Shown here one piece after another: positions 23,251 through 35,674 of a DNA stretch of 64,000 bases (the first letter of the stretch is position 1; each line of letters begins with the position of its first letter). Source of the DNA: Rhizodiscina lignyota. Lineage: Eukaryota. A program made the translations under genes and the position numbers. Location of the stretch: NCBI GenBank assembly GCA_010015805.1, contig ML978122.1, positions 434,001 through 498,000 of the forward strand, in the 5' to 3' direction. The notes beneath the pieces are model-generated. The model did not search any database and was not told the DNA's origin. It saw only the letters and a program-made list of their open reading frames with translations.

Positions 23251-25819
23251 AGACAATCGAAGCCGCAAGCATAGGCGAGAGACGACTTGCCGCAGCTATT
23301 TGCGCCATGCGTATGCTCGAAACGACCAACAATTGACATGAAAGGCAACATTTTCTCCCTGTTCATTCATAATGTCCAGGTGAGCGCTAATGCCAATCTC
23401 TAACACTCATAATCAGATAGAGACGGACGATATACATCAGCGCTACAACCGCCAAAGCCACCAGGCCCTGCGACAGGGCTTAAAATGGCTCTTGGAAATT
23501 TCGAAGGCGTAACTGGAGCACGGTTCGAGGACGACAGACCTCCGAAACGGCTCGAAATCAAGTCATAAAAGGAAATTGTGTAAATTAGAATGCCTCACAT
23601 TTTAATTATAGTCACGTCTCAATTCCTGTATTTAACAGTCAAAGTTGACATTGTAGTAACTAACCATCCACCTGATCAACAGCACGAGAACCATATTATC
23701 TCCCCCAATATTTTTGACGGCACATCCTTCATTCTTTACCAATGGCTCCAATGCACTCTTGCAGAGTTATGGAGGTCCAAGACTTTCAGCAATGCTCTCG
23801 CCAAAGCCGAAGAACAAAACGCCTACGTGCTACACTCTTTGGACATCCATTGGGGCCAGGTATTTCGTCGCTCTGGAGACAATTTGTATTGGCTTCGGCA
23901 TATCGTATAAGCGTTCTTCAGCGACGCTCCTACTAAAGCGGAATGGTGGTATGAACAATCGATCTGTTGTCCATTTGGAAGGCAGGGGTGATGTTGCAGA
24001 GTTGGGGTCCCCACTCGTCTACGTGACCTGTGTCGAATGAAGACTTGGACGGATATTGACGGAGTCGGCCTTTGGGTACGTGGGCCCGATCGTCCTCGAC
24101 GCCCTCTCGCTTATTCACACCTTCTTCTTCTAGCTCTTGTATAACTCGTCGTCGATTGGCATTGTTGTGGTGCTCCGGTTTAGCGAGATTGGGGCCAGGA
24201 CGCGGGCAACGTTTCGATGGTCGGAAGAGCGTGTGACGGCATACGCGTCTCCGATGGTGAACAGTATGCGGATACCCGCTCGTAGTCCGTTGATTTTGAA
24301 GTTGAGCTCGGAATATTCGGCAAATCGGTCCGGAAGGCCGCCATCTAGTTGGAGAAAGGGAAGGCAGCTTTTGTGTCATTGGGATGATTTGAACGGCGTG
24401 GTAGAACTTGACGCAGAGGACGCATAGTCTCTTCAACGAAGATAGATCATATTTGTTGAAGTAATGCAATCTCAACAGAGATTGGCGGACGTATGTTATA
24501 CTAAACTTTCAGGAATGCTCTCACCTGCCTTGAAGAGCAATATCCGCATCTTCTCCAGCTATTCTACCGTTGGCGGGATCAAGGCTTTTCGGTCCTGTCG
24601 ATTAATGTAGATCAAGTGCATTGAACCTGCGCAGCCTTAGTAAACACTAGCTGAAGTATATTGGACTAAGCTTTCATGAACGCTCTCACCTGGCTAGAAG
24701 ACCAAACTCCATTTTTGCTGAGCCCTTTCCGCCTCCATCGAGGTCCACTTTTCTATCACCCTCGTGTCTAGCCGAGGTCTTCGAAGTGCTCGAGATACTT
24801 CCTCCAGTGGCCTCGAACCAGGGTCTTTCATGTGCTTTCCGTTAGAAGAATTTGTTCTCCGTCCCAGCATATGCGAATAATGTCAGCGCCTGTGAGACGC
24901 CATCTGATCGCGAGGGTGACGTCGAAAACGTCGGGCGCAGCCTTGAAGGCATTGGACAGCTATGATGTATAGCGTCCGCATATAATCGAACACAAGCTCC
25001 ACACAGCTGCCGCCATGTCTTCAATTGCCTCTATACTTAGTAATGCGTACAAAGTTTTCAACAGTATGCTGCTGCCATACAAACTCCAAGAAATGCACAG
25101 TCAAGCCTTCAGAGATAGCGTCGCCTATCTTGGAGGCTACGAGTTGCTTTCCGGTGTTACAGCGTGCTCAGTGGGTAGATTATTTGATTACCCTCGAGTC
25201 AATCCACATGGTCACAGCCTCTTGAGTGCAAGTGGAGAATGGAAAGATGGCGTTTCGAAGGACTTGCGGTCATCTTTCGCTGCCGATTACGTCTTGCCAA
25301 GTTGCCATCATCGATGTCGTGTAGCGTATTCCTCGATGTGGAAGTAATCCCACCCGCACTGACGAGTATCGTACGAATCTCGGGAAGGAGAAACAATGCG
25401 AAGAAGAAGCATTTATGGGCTGGCTACCAAACACTCTCATTGACATCCTGCGATAGACGTCCCTTAGTGCGTCAGTCATGGACGGAATTCGGCCAATTAG
25501 CGGGGCGGCGGTCAGCATTCTCATCATTAGTTCACGCTAGGCCGTTTCCGGTGCTGTAACCATTTGGATCGTGCATGAGCCAAGCCGGCGTCTCGTCGTC
25601 CTCGCAAAGGACCAAAGTCCGCCCGCAAACCGTCTCATCTCTGCCACTCTGCCTACACAGAGCCGCAACCCAGCATGGCGGCACTCACTCTGGCGCTCGA
25701 GGTACAGAAGCTACCATCATCGATAGAGTATCTGAAAGCTAGGTACCCAATTTGCTCTCTGTCGCTAGGCTTAAAGACCGCCGACGAAGCCTTCGATCAA
25801 ACAGGCAGGTGAGTGCTAC

Positions 25820-25871
25820 CCATCAAGGTCTGAACACTCCGGGACTTGCATCAGTTCGGCCACCCTGATGG
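25820..25871. promoter_or_regulatory. Pair of inverted CCATCARGGT motifs, candidate ZafA zinc-response elements
   Basis: CCATCAAGGT at 25820-25829 (+) and CCATCAGGGT at 25871-25862 (-), about 520-570 bp upstream of a ZIP gene; both contain the CARGGT core of the Aspergillus ZafA motif. Confidence 0.55.
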
Positions 25872-26392
25872 TTAAAACGCCTCCATGACGGGGGGCTTGC
25901 TTGCGCCCACCAGGGCGATCACTTTCCAGCGCCCGTATCTACCACAATGGCTTTTGTCAGCTACTAAAATCTGTTCCTCTCATTTCGTCTATCTGCATAT
26001 ATCCGCATTGCAGAGCCGCTTTCGTTCTCGCCTCTGATATCGTCTCCTTTGGTAATCTGCCTGTACTGCTTCAATTGAGTCGGCAGGTAAGCGAGCGGCG
26101 TTAAATGCGTTCCTTTATCGTATCGGCTTGCTAACCCAAGCAGTGCAACTGAGACTGCACCTTCGTCGGTCCGTGTGCGCCTTCAACGAGAACCCAATCC
26201 ACGTGGAGAAGACGACCACCGCCTCTTTTCAGACAGATTTGACCATCTCTTAATCGAGAGAGCGTTGGATGCTTCGACCAATACGAAAGCCTACGATTCT
26301 CACCCGCCGTTCCCGCTTTCCGGCGACCGCACAGTAGAAAGAAAATCTTGCATGTCAAGATTGGCGAAATCCACACAACTCATTAAGAGACC

Positions 26393-27661
26393 ATGGCGAC
26401 CTTGACTGAGCTCGCAAGTCTGGTGGTGCGTCAATCAGCCGAGGATGCAGAAACAACCACGGTGCCGATTGCTGGCACCCCCGGTCACTGCGATGGTGGA
26501 AATGACTTCAATGGAGAGCTTGGTGTGAGGATATCGGCAATCTTCGTCATTTTGATCGGATCCATAATGGGTAAGCTCCATCCTTTACATCTGATGCAGA
26601 GTGTACTAACAGAGCCCAGGTGCTGCGTTCCCCACGTTCGCCAGGCGGAGATCTGGCATCAATATCCCAGAGTGGGCATTTTTCGTTGCCAAATTCTTTG
26701 GCTCCGGTGTTATCGTCGCGACGGCATTTATTCATGTAAGTCCCTGCTCTGTACTGCTTCATCGTCACCACACTGATCAAAGTGACAGCTCCTGGCTCCC
26801 GCCAACGATGCTCTCACCGACCCCTGTCTCACAGGGCCTATTACGTCCTATGATTGGGTAGAGGGTATTGCACTGATGACTGTCTTCTCTCTTTTCTTCG
26901 CCGAGATTATGACCATGAGATATGCCAACTTTGGAGAGCATCCTCACTCGCATGACGCAGAGGCTGCTCCCGTGGAGATGCTGAATCGCGCACGAAATGA
27001 ACCCACGCAGGATTCGCTTGAGGCCGACAAAATTGGAAACGGCAGCATGGAAGAGGAGCAAAGCCACGCTCCTGGAACAGACCACCTCGGCCATGCTCGA
27101 AACCACACTGACAACGAACAAGTTGCCGATGACTGGCAGGAGAAGACAGGCGGTCTGGATCCAGAGTCTTATGCGGCCCAGATGACTGCGATCTTCATCC
27201 TCGAATTCGGCGTCATCTTCCACTCGATTTTCATCGGATTGACACTGGCGGTCTCGGGTAGCGAGTTCCACACGTTGTACGTCGTCCTGGTCTTCCACCA
27301 AACCTTCGAGGGTCTCGGTCTTGGATCACGGCTAGCATCTGCACCCTGGCCTCGCAACCGCCGATGGACACCATATGCTCTCGCCATAGCTTATGGTCTC
27401 AGCACTCCAATTGCCATCGCCATTGGTTTGGGCGTCCGAAAGACCTATCTCCCAGGCTCTGCGACTGCACTAATTGTGAACGGCGTCTTCGACAGCATCA
27501 GCGCTGGTATCCTCATTTACACTGGCTTGGTCGAACTCATGGCGCATGAGTTCATGTTCAGTCCAACCATGCAGAAGGCCAAGGTTCAGACAGTGTTGAG
27601 CGCGTTCTTCCTGATGTGCCTCGGTGCTGGTCTGATGGCACTGCTTGGAAAGTGGGCATAG
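26393..27661 (+). CDS. ZIP-family plasma-membrane zinc transporter (Zrt2/ZrfB-like), 3 exons
   Basis: RISAIFVILIGS, AKFFGSGVIVATAFIHLL, His-rich loop HPHSHD, ILEFGVIFHSIFIGL, FHQTFEGLGLG, SAGILIYTGLVEL, C-terminal LLGKWA; introns 26571-26619 and about 26736-26788. Confidence 0.95.
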
Positions 27662-28263
27662 ATGTTAACGCAGCGGACTTTTGCTTTTCCTTTGCATGAC
27701 TTCTCATACTTGCATGGCACGGAGAGTTCGGCGCATGCGTAATGACTTATGACGTTGCTTCCCCTTGAGAGACCGGCTTTATGAATTTTCTACAGCGAGG
27801 ACAATACCCCATTTGTTAGCTGGGTTTAAAGCAGGAAATACCGTAGACCTTTGATTCAATTCAAGTCATACTTACTGCACATGACTTCTCCCTCCAACTT
27901 CAGTAGCAATTCCTCGAGCTTCCGACGATGCGGGCTAGCTCCGAGTAAGTGGACGATCGACAGGTTTTGCTTCGCGGGCTTAGACTGTGATCTGAGCGCG
28001 GTGATTGGCTGCAAGGGCGCCACATACATCGAGACTCGCGCCAAGATCTTATGACGTACATGAGAGTGTCGCGAGTGCTGCTGAAGGCTGGCCACATCAC
28101 ATCCCTGCCTTTCCGAGCAGCTCTACCTCTCCCTCACACCATCATTGCAATTCTACTCAACCTGCTCCATACACTGTCCTTTTGAACTAGTCGACAGCTT
28201 CCCCGTCCGAGACACTCCAACCAGACATTGAAATCGTAGAACGCAGAAGCGAAGACAACAACA

Positions 28264-29641
28264 ATGCATCGCACGTACTCGATGCGCCAGTCGCGCGCCC
28301 CGACGGCGTCGCAGATTCAGAATCCGCCTCCTCCGCCGTCGACCACGAAGCATGGAAGATTTTTCGGCAGAGGAAACCTCGGTACGTTTGCGTGATTCTG
28401 CTGAGCGTTGTTTTGGTTCGAGGCTGCGAATCGCGCGTTGTGCCGAAAGGGCAAACAATTCGGAGACTCAGCGCGAGCCACACTGGCTTCGAACGATAGC
28501 TATACACCTCTCCTCTCAAGTGACTCTAGAAGCTGACGACATGGCGCTGACCACTCCCTCTCTCGACCAGGCCACACCTTCCGCCGCTCCGCCGCGGGCG
28601 CCTTCGGCCCCGACCTCGCGAAGAAGCTCTCCCAGCTCGTCAAGATGGAGAAGAACGTGATGCGCAGCATGGAGCTGGTGGGCCGCGAGCGCATGGACGT
28701 TGCGCAGCAGCTGAGCATCTGGGGCGAGGCGTGCGACGACGACGTCAGCGACGTCACGGACAAGCTGGGCGTGCTGATCTACGAGATTGGCGAGCTCGAG
28801 GACCAGTTCGTCGACCGCTACGACCAGTATCGCGTCACGATGAAGAGCATCAGGAATATTGAGGCGAGCGTGCAGCCGAGTCGCGATCGTAAGTCTTCCT
28901 CAGTAGAAAGATGGGCGGTGGTAGACAAAGGAGGATTATACTGATAGGTAAATGCAGGCAAGCAGAAGATCACGGATCAGATTGCGCAGCTCAAGTACAA
29001 GGAGCCGAATTCCCCGAAGATCGTTGTCCTCGAGCAAGAGCTCGTCCGCGCAGAAGCAGAGTCTCTGGTGGCGGAGGCACAGCTCAGCAACATCACGCGT
29101 GAGAAGCTCAAGGCTGCCTTCAACTATCAGTTCGACGCTCTCAGAGAGCATTGTGAGAAGCTCGCTATCATTGCTGGATACGGAAAGCACTTGCTTGAGT
29201 TGGTCGACGATACCCCAGTCACTCCTGGCGAGACGAGACAGGCATATGATGGATACGAAGCTAGCAAAGCGTATGTTTCCCATTTCTCAATATTGATCGC
29301 ATTTCGACATAAGACACAATTACTGACTTGGCGGCAACAGTATCATCCAAGACTGCGAAGATGCGCTCACCAATTGGGTCGAGCAGAACGCCGCCGTCTC
29401 CTCGAAGCTCTCGACACGCTCTCGTACCCTCTCCCAGCGTAGAAAAGAAGGCCGCAGACAGCCCGGCGAGGGAGTTGACCTGAGCGGCCAGGACGCGCCG
29501 ATGGAGGGCAACCGCGAGAGCTGGATTACAGGTAGCGAGCACGAGAGGACGAAGGAGGAGTATGATGATGAAGAAGAGGATGACGAGGAGAGTGTTGTTC
29601 CAAACGGTGAGCAACGGGGCCGCGAAGAAGTTGTTGCGTAA
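28264..29641 (+). CDS. PIL1: Eisosome BAR-domain protein Pil1/Lsp1 (PilA), 4 exons
   Basis: MHRTYSMRQSRAPTASQ..., GPDLAKKLSQLVKMEK, DDDVSDVTDKLGVLIYEIGELEDQF, SIRNIEASVQPSRDRKQKITD, LEQELVRAEAESLVAEAQLSNITR; first intron 28382-28570. Confidence 0.96.
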
Positions 29642-32600
29642 ATGGCGGAGACTCAGCAATAGTGCTTGGACGGCCTGGGGCGATGATTTCATGAGGGCAC
29701 GAGCAGATGGGCTAGTGGCGTCATGAAATCTTGGTGATGCACTGGAGTTTGTGCTTTCAATCTTGCAAGGTTACGTTGCTCGTATTTGGTTTGCTTTCTA
29801 TACTTCTTTTCAATGCTCGGAGAGCAACATGTTAGGCGTGGAATTTGCGGAAGGGAAAAACGGGTCGATATATGTTAACGAGGGAATTGATTAGTTAGTA
29901 CTTAATGTATGAAATGAAAGACTTGGTAACGTTCTAGCGTTCCTCCTGCTTTCCGTCCGATGTCGTCTTGGTGTCGTTTTGGAGATTGGAGTACAGAAAA
30001 GCCCATGTCCAAACAACAGCCGATACTCCGTATGGCGACATTGATTGCCCGATTGGAGGCTGTGACGAGTTCTGGATTATACTCAAGGAGTCTGGTGTGG
30101 CAGTAGGTATATTTAAAGTGGTCGTTTATACCCATGATTTACGGAAGTAGCAGGTGGGAATGCAACTTTATGAGAATGTTAAAATTAGACCTCATAGTAG
30201 AGGCCTAAGGAAATTTAATTAAGAGGTTACATAATTCGGACGGGAATCAATTCATTGGTGCACTCGAGAAGAGTCTCTGCATGGAAGATGTCCTCATAGA
30301 CCCATCCAGTTCCTGCGTCTGCCACATGGCCCTGTTCCAGGGTTGTAGGGTGATCGAGGTTCGCCTCATAGCGACAGGGTCGGTTGCAGGTGTGGGTCAG
30401 ATGTGGTTTGCAATATTGACAAGAAAATGGACGAAAATGGAAGTTGCTGTTCTATGGAATAATTGCTGGAATGGAACTTTCTTGGTACTACTCAACAAAG
30501 GCTAGTTGAGGCAGTTCAGCGAGTAACCCGAATGTCGTGAAGAACAGCAAATGGATAGCAGCTTCGACAGATAGATACCTATTGTGACATTATCTCGAGT
30601 ACCTCATCCACTTCCTACTTCCTACCATTCAGATTTTGTTGGAGCGTTGGCGCAGAAATATAATTGCCTCGTATTCTGGGGCTCGAACGTCACCACGGAA
30701 ATTAAAGTCATTAGAGAAGTGAAATTGGACTATACATTGGGAAGTATTTCTTTACTACCTTTCCTTCATCCTCGTCGCCATGTATTTGGCATTTGTACAA
30801 TCTGCAAGTGTCGCCTCTCGTCAGCTTATTTTTAGCAACTGTTCCTGGATCGAACGCTCTCTTCCCCTGCTTGCAGCGAGGATCCTCTTGCAAAACTCAT
30901 GCGAGACACTTCGGGACGGCGGCAACAATGGGAATAACCTCCATCCCCCTGATGAATTCCAGATTCAGAACGAGTCACGCGACTGTGAATAGTGCAAGGA
31001 CAAGGCCTTTCCTTTGATCCATCCGAGTCTTAACTAAGAAGGAGAATCACCCCCTTGCGCCCAACGGTATTCGAACGTGGCTGGACGTCGGGGACACCCT
31101 CAAAGCCGGCACGCTTCAAGTTTGGCTCCTGAAGCATCAGAGTGTCTGCAATTCGTTTCTACGAAGACGGCGACGCTTGATCTGATATTCATAACGATGC
31201 CTAATTCACCATTCCTCACGGCTGAGGCTCCACCTTGAACGGTATCTCGTCAACGTGTCCAATAATGCGGTAGCGCCCTACACGAGAGACGCATCAGGAT
31301 TAACTCCGACTTGCTCGATCTCATCTCGACTTCGGTCCATGCATCTAACGAAATATAGTGCTGAGATGCGTTCATTCGACATGCCCTATGTGGCACTCTC
31401 GCCAGAACTGGCTTTCGCTCGTCAAAAGGATCCCGCGAAGCAATTCTTGGCCCGCCTTATGGGTTTTCCCTAGGCCACGTTGGGCCGTTAACCTACTTGG
31501 CAATGTACGCCTCTCGCGTAAGAAGAGCGCCGAAATAGGGCTATACCGAACAAATCTTCCTTAAAAGGTTGGAAGGAACACGTTGTACTTGCTGGTAGAC
31601 TAGTTGCGGAATGGCTGGGCAGCGAGGCTCGCAGATCACGACCTTATCTGCCGACGGAAGGGCTTTGCATCAACCCACTGAAGACACGCCTGTTGCGCGA
31701 CAGCAAGAGTTCCTTGCCAACATATCGTTTGGAGTGAGCAAGACCCGGTCATATATCGAATGGATTTTCAACGGGGAGAGTAGGGACACATGAGCTCGGT
31801 TCTATTTGCTCACTGCTGCCACTGGGGAGTTTCAACATTAGGGGGCGTTCTGGAACCCCAGGAGGCCGCCACCCCGTTCTCTCCAATTCCCTATACATCT
31901 GGCATCGATTTTGGCATGCGATGGACTGCCTAGACGCTATTTGCACCCAATATCTTAGCATTCTTCCCATCTGACGCTTTCGTTCGCTTATTATCCTAAT
32001 CATCCATGCGCCTCTGTTTTCTGTTCTTCAGCAACGCACACCTGATTCCGCTCAAGACTTTGACACACGGGCTCCAGATTCCCACTCCGCCTTCTATGTT
32101 GGTCACGCTATCACCCCTGTGCCCATCTGCCGTATACGAGCCACATACCTTCCAGTCTCCAACTAGGAAGCTGGGCGGGCGTGCAAGCATTCGGCAGAAG
32201 ACTTGGCTGGTTTTTCATTTAATTATCAGGATGTGTTTCTTCTTATAGCCATTGCAGCGTTTTCTCCCTTCGCTCTTGGCGGTCTAGACGACGAATCATG
32301 CAGAAGATATTGCTAAGACCAAGCCTCGTGTCATCATGGAGTACGGTCAACACCGACTCTGGTAGCAACGAGACTTTGCGAACATGGCCTGGCAAGCCGA
32401 GAATGTTTTCTCGGCGACCATAGTGCCCACAGATGTGTCTAGAAACACATCCAGGGCGTTGCGGCTCTAGAGGTTCCTTTCCCATACCGCCTTGGCCTGG
32501 ACACTCTGATCTCCGGGCCAGAGCGAACGGCGACAATTTGGACAGATGGAGGTACTCCAAGGAGGTATGAAAGGTAAGTACTACAAATACCGCCGTGAGC

Positions 32601-32806
32601 GAATGCGGCGATGAGGGGATGTTGTGTATGTACAACAGTTTCAAGTCCTTCCATTTCGTCCGTCTATCATTACGACGCTACGAATTTACGACGTTACCAC
32701 CTTACGATCATTTGACTACAATCTACTCCTAATATCTTAATCGCTACATCCACACCTCACATCTCCTAAAGTAGTCCGGCGAGGCGCCGACTATTCATTC
32801 CTCAAC

Positions 32807-34108
32807 ATGAAGTTCTCAACCATCCTAGCTCTCTACGCTTCGGCAAAGATTCTCCCTGCCATGGCATGGCCTGGCATGAAGAACATCATGGCCGAACTCG
32901 AGCACAAGCTCGCCGCACGGCAGGACGAGGTCGGTGATGGCGACGGAACTGACGTAGAAGACTCTGACGAACTGATTGGCGACCTTGTGACAGTTGGTGC
33001 CGTCACAGATGTTGCCCAGCAGATACAAGGAGTCATCACCGGATCGATAGACGGATTCTCAAGCGAAGCCTACACGACAACAGTGCCTGCCAAAAAGTCA
33101 GCAGCATGTGCAGCAGATACGTGCTGCATCTGGAGTTATATTGCGGCAGATATGAAGAAGAAGTTTTCTGGTTCTTCGGGCCGTTGTAATGGTTTCGCAA
33201 GAGCAGCGGTACGAATGGGTTTTCACGATGCTGGAGCGTGGAGTAAGACTTCGACCAACGGGGGAGCGGACGGCAGCTTGATCTTGGCAGGAGAAATCAG
33301 CAGGGCGGAGAACAACGGGCTCCAAGACATCGTCAGCTGGACGACGTCCTTGTACAGCAAATACAAGACCTACGGAGTTGGGATGGCAGATATGATCCAG
33401 ATGGCCGCGACTGTAGCGACGGTGGTATGCCCACTTGGTCCCAGAATACGATCGTATGTCGGCAGAATAGATAACTCTGCGCCGGCTCCTGATGGGTAAG
33501 CTCCGATCCCTCCCTGGCCATAGAACCTCTTTGAGAAATGTGCTCACATTGTGTCTAGCTTGCTTCCCGACGTCAACGCAGATGCAGAGACTCTCATACA
33601 GCTTTTTGCTGACAAGACAATCAAGACGCATGGCCTTACTGCCCTTATCGGAGCCCATAGCACCAGTCAACAACGCTTTGTCAATACATCCAGAGCCTTC
33701 GATCCTCAGGACTCCACTCCCGGTATCTGGGACGTTAACTTTTACAATCAGACTCTGCAGCCTGCATCAGCAATCCCAAAGCGTGTCTTTAAATTCAACT
33801 CCGACGTCGTGCTCTCGCAACACCCCGTCGTCGCCACAGAATGGAACAAGTTCGTGACCGACCAAAGCGACTGGAACGAGGACTTTTCGCGCGAGTACGT
33901 GCGGCTCAGCCTGCTCGGCGTCAACAACATCAACAATCTCATCGAGTGCACGAAGGTGCTGCCGGCGGCCAAGACGACCTACACGCCGCCGGACAAAGCC
34001 ATCATTCTAAAGTGGCTGGCGGGGCAGTTCCCGAAGCTGGGAAAGTTCTTGGACTCGGCGGACAAGCTCAACTCAACGCTACTCAAAAGCCTGGGGTACA
34101 CTCCGTAG
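32807..34108 (+). CDS. Secreted heme peroxidase (class II / generic ascomycete type), 2 exons
   Basis: Signal peptide; distal RAAVRMGFHDA, GGADGSL, E..RAENNGL, ADMIQ, CPLGPRIRSYVGR.D, proximal LIGAHS, DSTPGIWD; intron 33496-33558. Confidence 0.9.
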
Positions 34109-34405
34109 ATGCGATGCATTGGCTCGGCAGCCTGTACAATCGGCCGATTTGGGTGCAGGTGCCGGCGCCGTTGAGGATATCGGGAGGAGTTTGAAGGGCG
34201 TTTGGGGGTGGCATTTCGTAGGGGTCTGGTATAGAGAGTTTGGGCATTGGAGAGGCATGAAAACTGGCGTTCAAATAGCGGTTAGGAATTCAAACCAGCT
34301 CTATTCATATCGCAGGATTAATGAGGACTGCTCATTGCCGTCATCCCCTCTGTCTGATTGCCATGTCTATCAGTAATTCTGCAATATTGCTCGAGCTGAA
34401 GCAGC

Positions 34406-35674
34406 TCATAAACGGGGAAGTCCGGAAAGTCCATTCTTCCTTATAGCAAATCCCTCCTTACTAATAATGTCGTTTTCTTCAAGCACAAAGGCATGTGTGC
34501 CGGTGTACTTCGCCCACCCTTCAACCCGAACTCTTACTGCTTCTGCCGCGGTAGGATTGGCCGCGAAGTGATTGTTGACTTCTTCCACTGGCGTGCCCAA
34601 AAACCTTCCTTCATGGAAATGTACGGAGACAATGCTCTCGAAATTCCGACTCTCCCCAAGCCTTATCGTGCCTTTGGCGTAGGCTGCCGCAACGCGCGCT
34701 TGTACCCCAGAGCCTGTGGGGGAGCGGTCGATCTGCGAGTCTGCAAAGAAGCAGATACTCAGTCCGGACTCCCAAAACCTCTCTTCTTGGGGATTCACAG
34801 GCCCGTCGTCCACTATGATGATGACGCCGTAGAGGAAGCGCAAGTCGGAGTTCAAATCGGCCTCGCCCACGGAGTGGAGCACTTTCTCCTTCGTCGCCGG
34901 ATCTTCGTTGACGGCTTTGATGATGGCGTTCGCAGCGGTTCTCAGTGCTTCGATGTCCATCTCTTCTTCTTCGTCGTCCTTCCTTTTCCTCAAATTCAAT
35001 CCAGGGGAGAACCCCAGGTCGGATGCTTTGACGAGCGCATAGAATGCGCCTCCGTAGGCAAAATCAACGCGTACCAAGTCTCGCTTCCGACCCGGCCAAG
35101 TCAGCTCCTCTGGCAACTCGATGATGTGATTCAGCGCAGTCGCAAATGAGGGGACGGAGAGGAACGAGACAGGACGAGACGGGTCCGACGCCTGACCATC
35201 ACGGGTAGTAGGGCATGTTATAGTCACAACGCCGCACGGTGCGTGTAATTTGATTTCCACGCTTTGATTCTCCGCATCATACTTCAGCTTCTCCCGGTTC
35301 GGAAATACGGCCAAATCATGCGTGTCGACGAGGAAGCGGCCCAGCGCGATGGTCGCGTGCCCGCACATAGTCGAGTAGCCGTCGTTTGTCATGAAAAGCA
35401 CGCCGATGTCCGCGTCTCCGTACGTTACCAGCTCGGTGTCCTGGACGAGCAGCGCGCCGTACATGTCCCAGTGGCCGCGAGGCTCGAGGATGACGCGCTT
35501 ACGCAGGTGGTCGTAGTGCTTCATCAGATCGCGACGCTGGACCAAGAGCGGGCCGGTGAGCTTGGGGAAGCCGGAGATGATGATGCGCGTAGGTTCGCCG
35601 GTGGTGTGCATGTCGATTGTCGTTATGGGAGCGTTGGCCTGGACTTGGCTACGAAGACTCTTGATGACGTCCAT
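34406..35674 (-). CDS. Proline racemase family protein, Cys/Thr type (trans-3-hydroxy-L-proline dehydratase-like)
   Basis: Intronless; IDMHTTGEPTRII, EPRGHWDMYGA, YSTMCGHATIA, YGGAFYA, DRSPTGSG (Thr at the second catalytic position). First ATG at 35674. Confidence 0.9.
   Translation of the reverse strand: MDVIKSLRSQVQANAPITTIDMHTTGEPTRIIISGFPKLTGPLLVQRRDLMKHYDHLRKRVILEPRGHWDMYGALLVQDTELVTYGDADIGVLFMTNDGYSTMCGHATIALGRFLVDTHDLAVFPNREKLKYDAENQSVEIKLHAPCGVVTITCPTTRDGQASDPSRPVSFLSVPSFATALNHIIELPEELTWPGRKRDLVRVDFAYGGAFYALVKASDLGFSPGLNLRKRKDDEEEEMDIEALRTAANAIIKAVNEDPATKEKVLHSVGEADLNSDLRFLYGVIIIVDDGPVNPQEERFWESGLSICFFADSQIDRSPTGSGVQARVAAAYAKGTIRLGESRNFESIVSVHFHEGRFLGTPVEEVNNHFAANPTAAEAVRVRVEGWAKYTGTHAFVLEENDIISKEGFAIRKNGLSGLPRL

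Noticed and set aside
29900..32650. Short ORFs between PIL1 and the peroxidase
   Set aside because: No coherent exon structure or domain; treated as intergenic.
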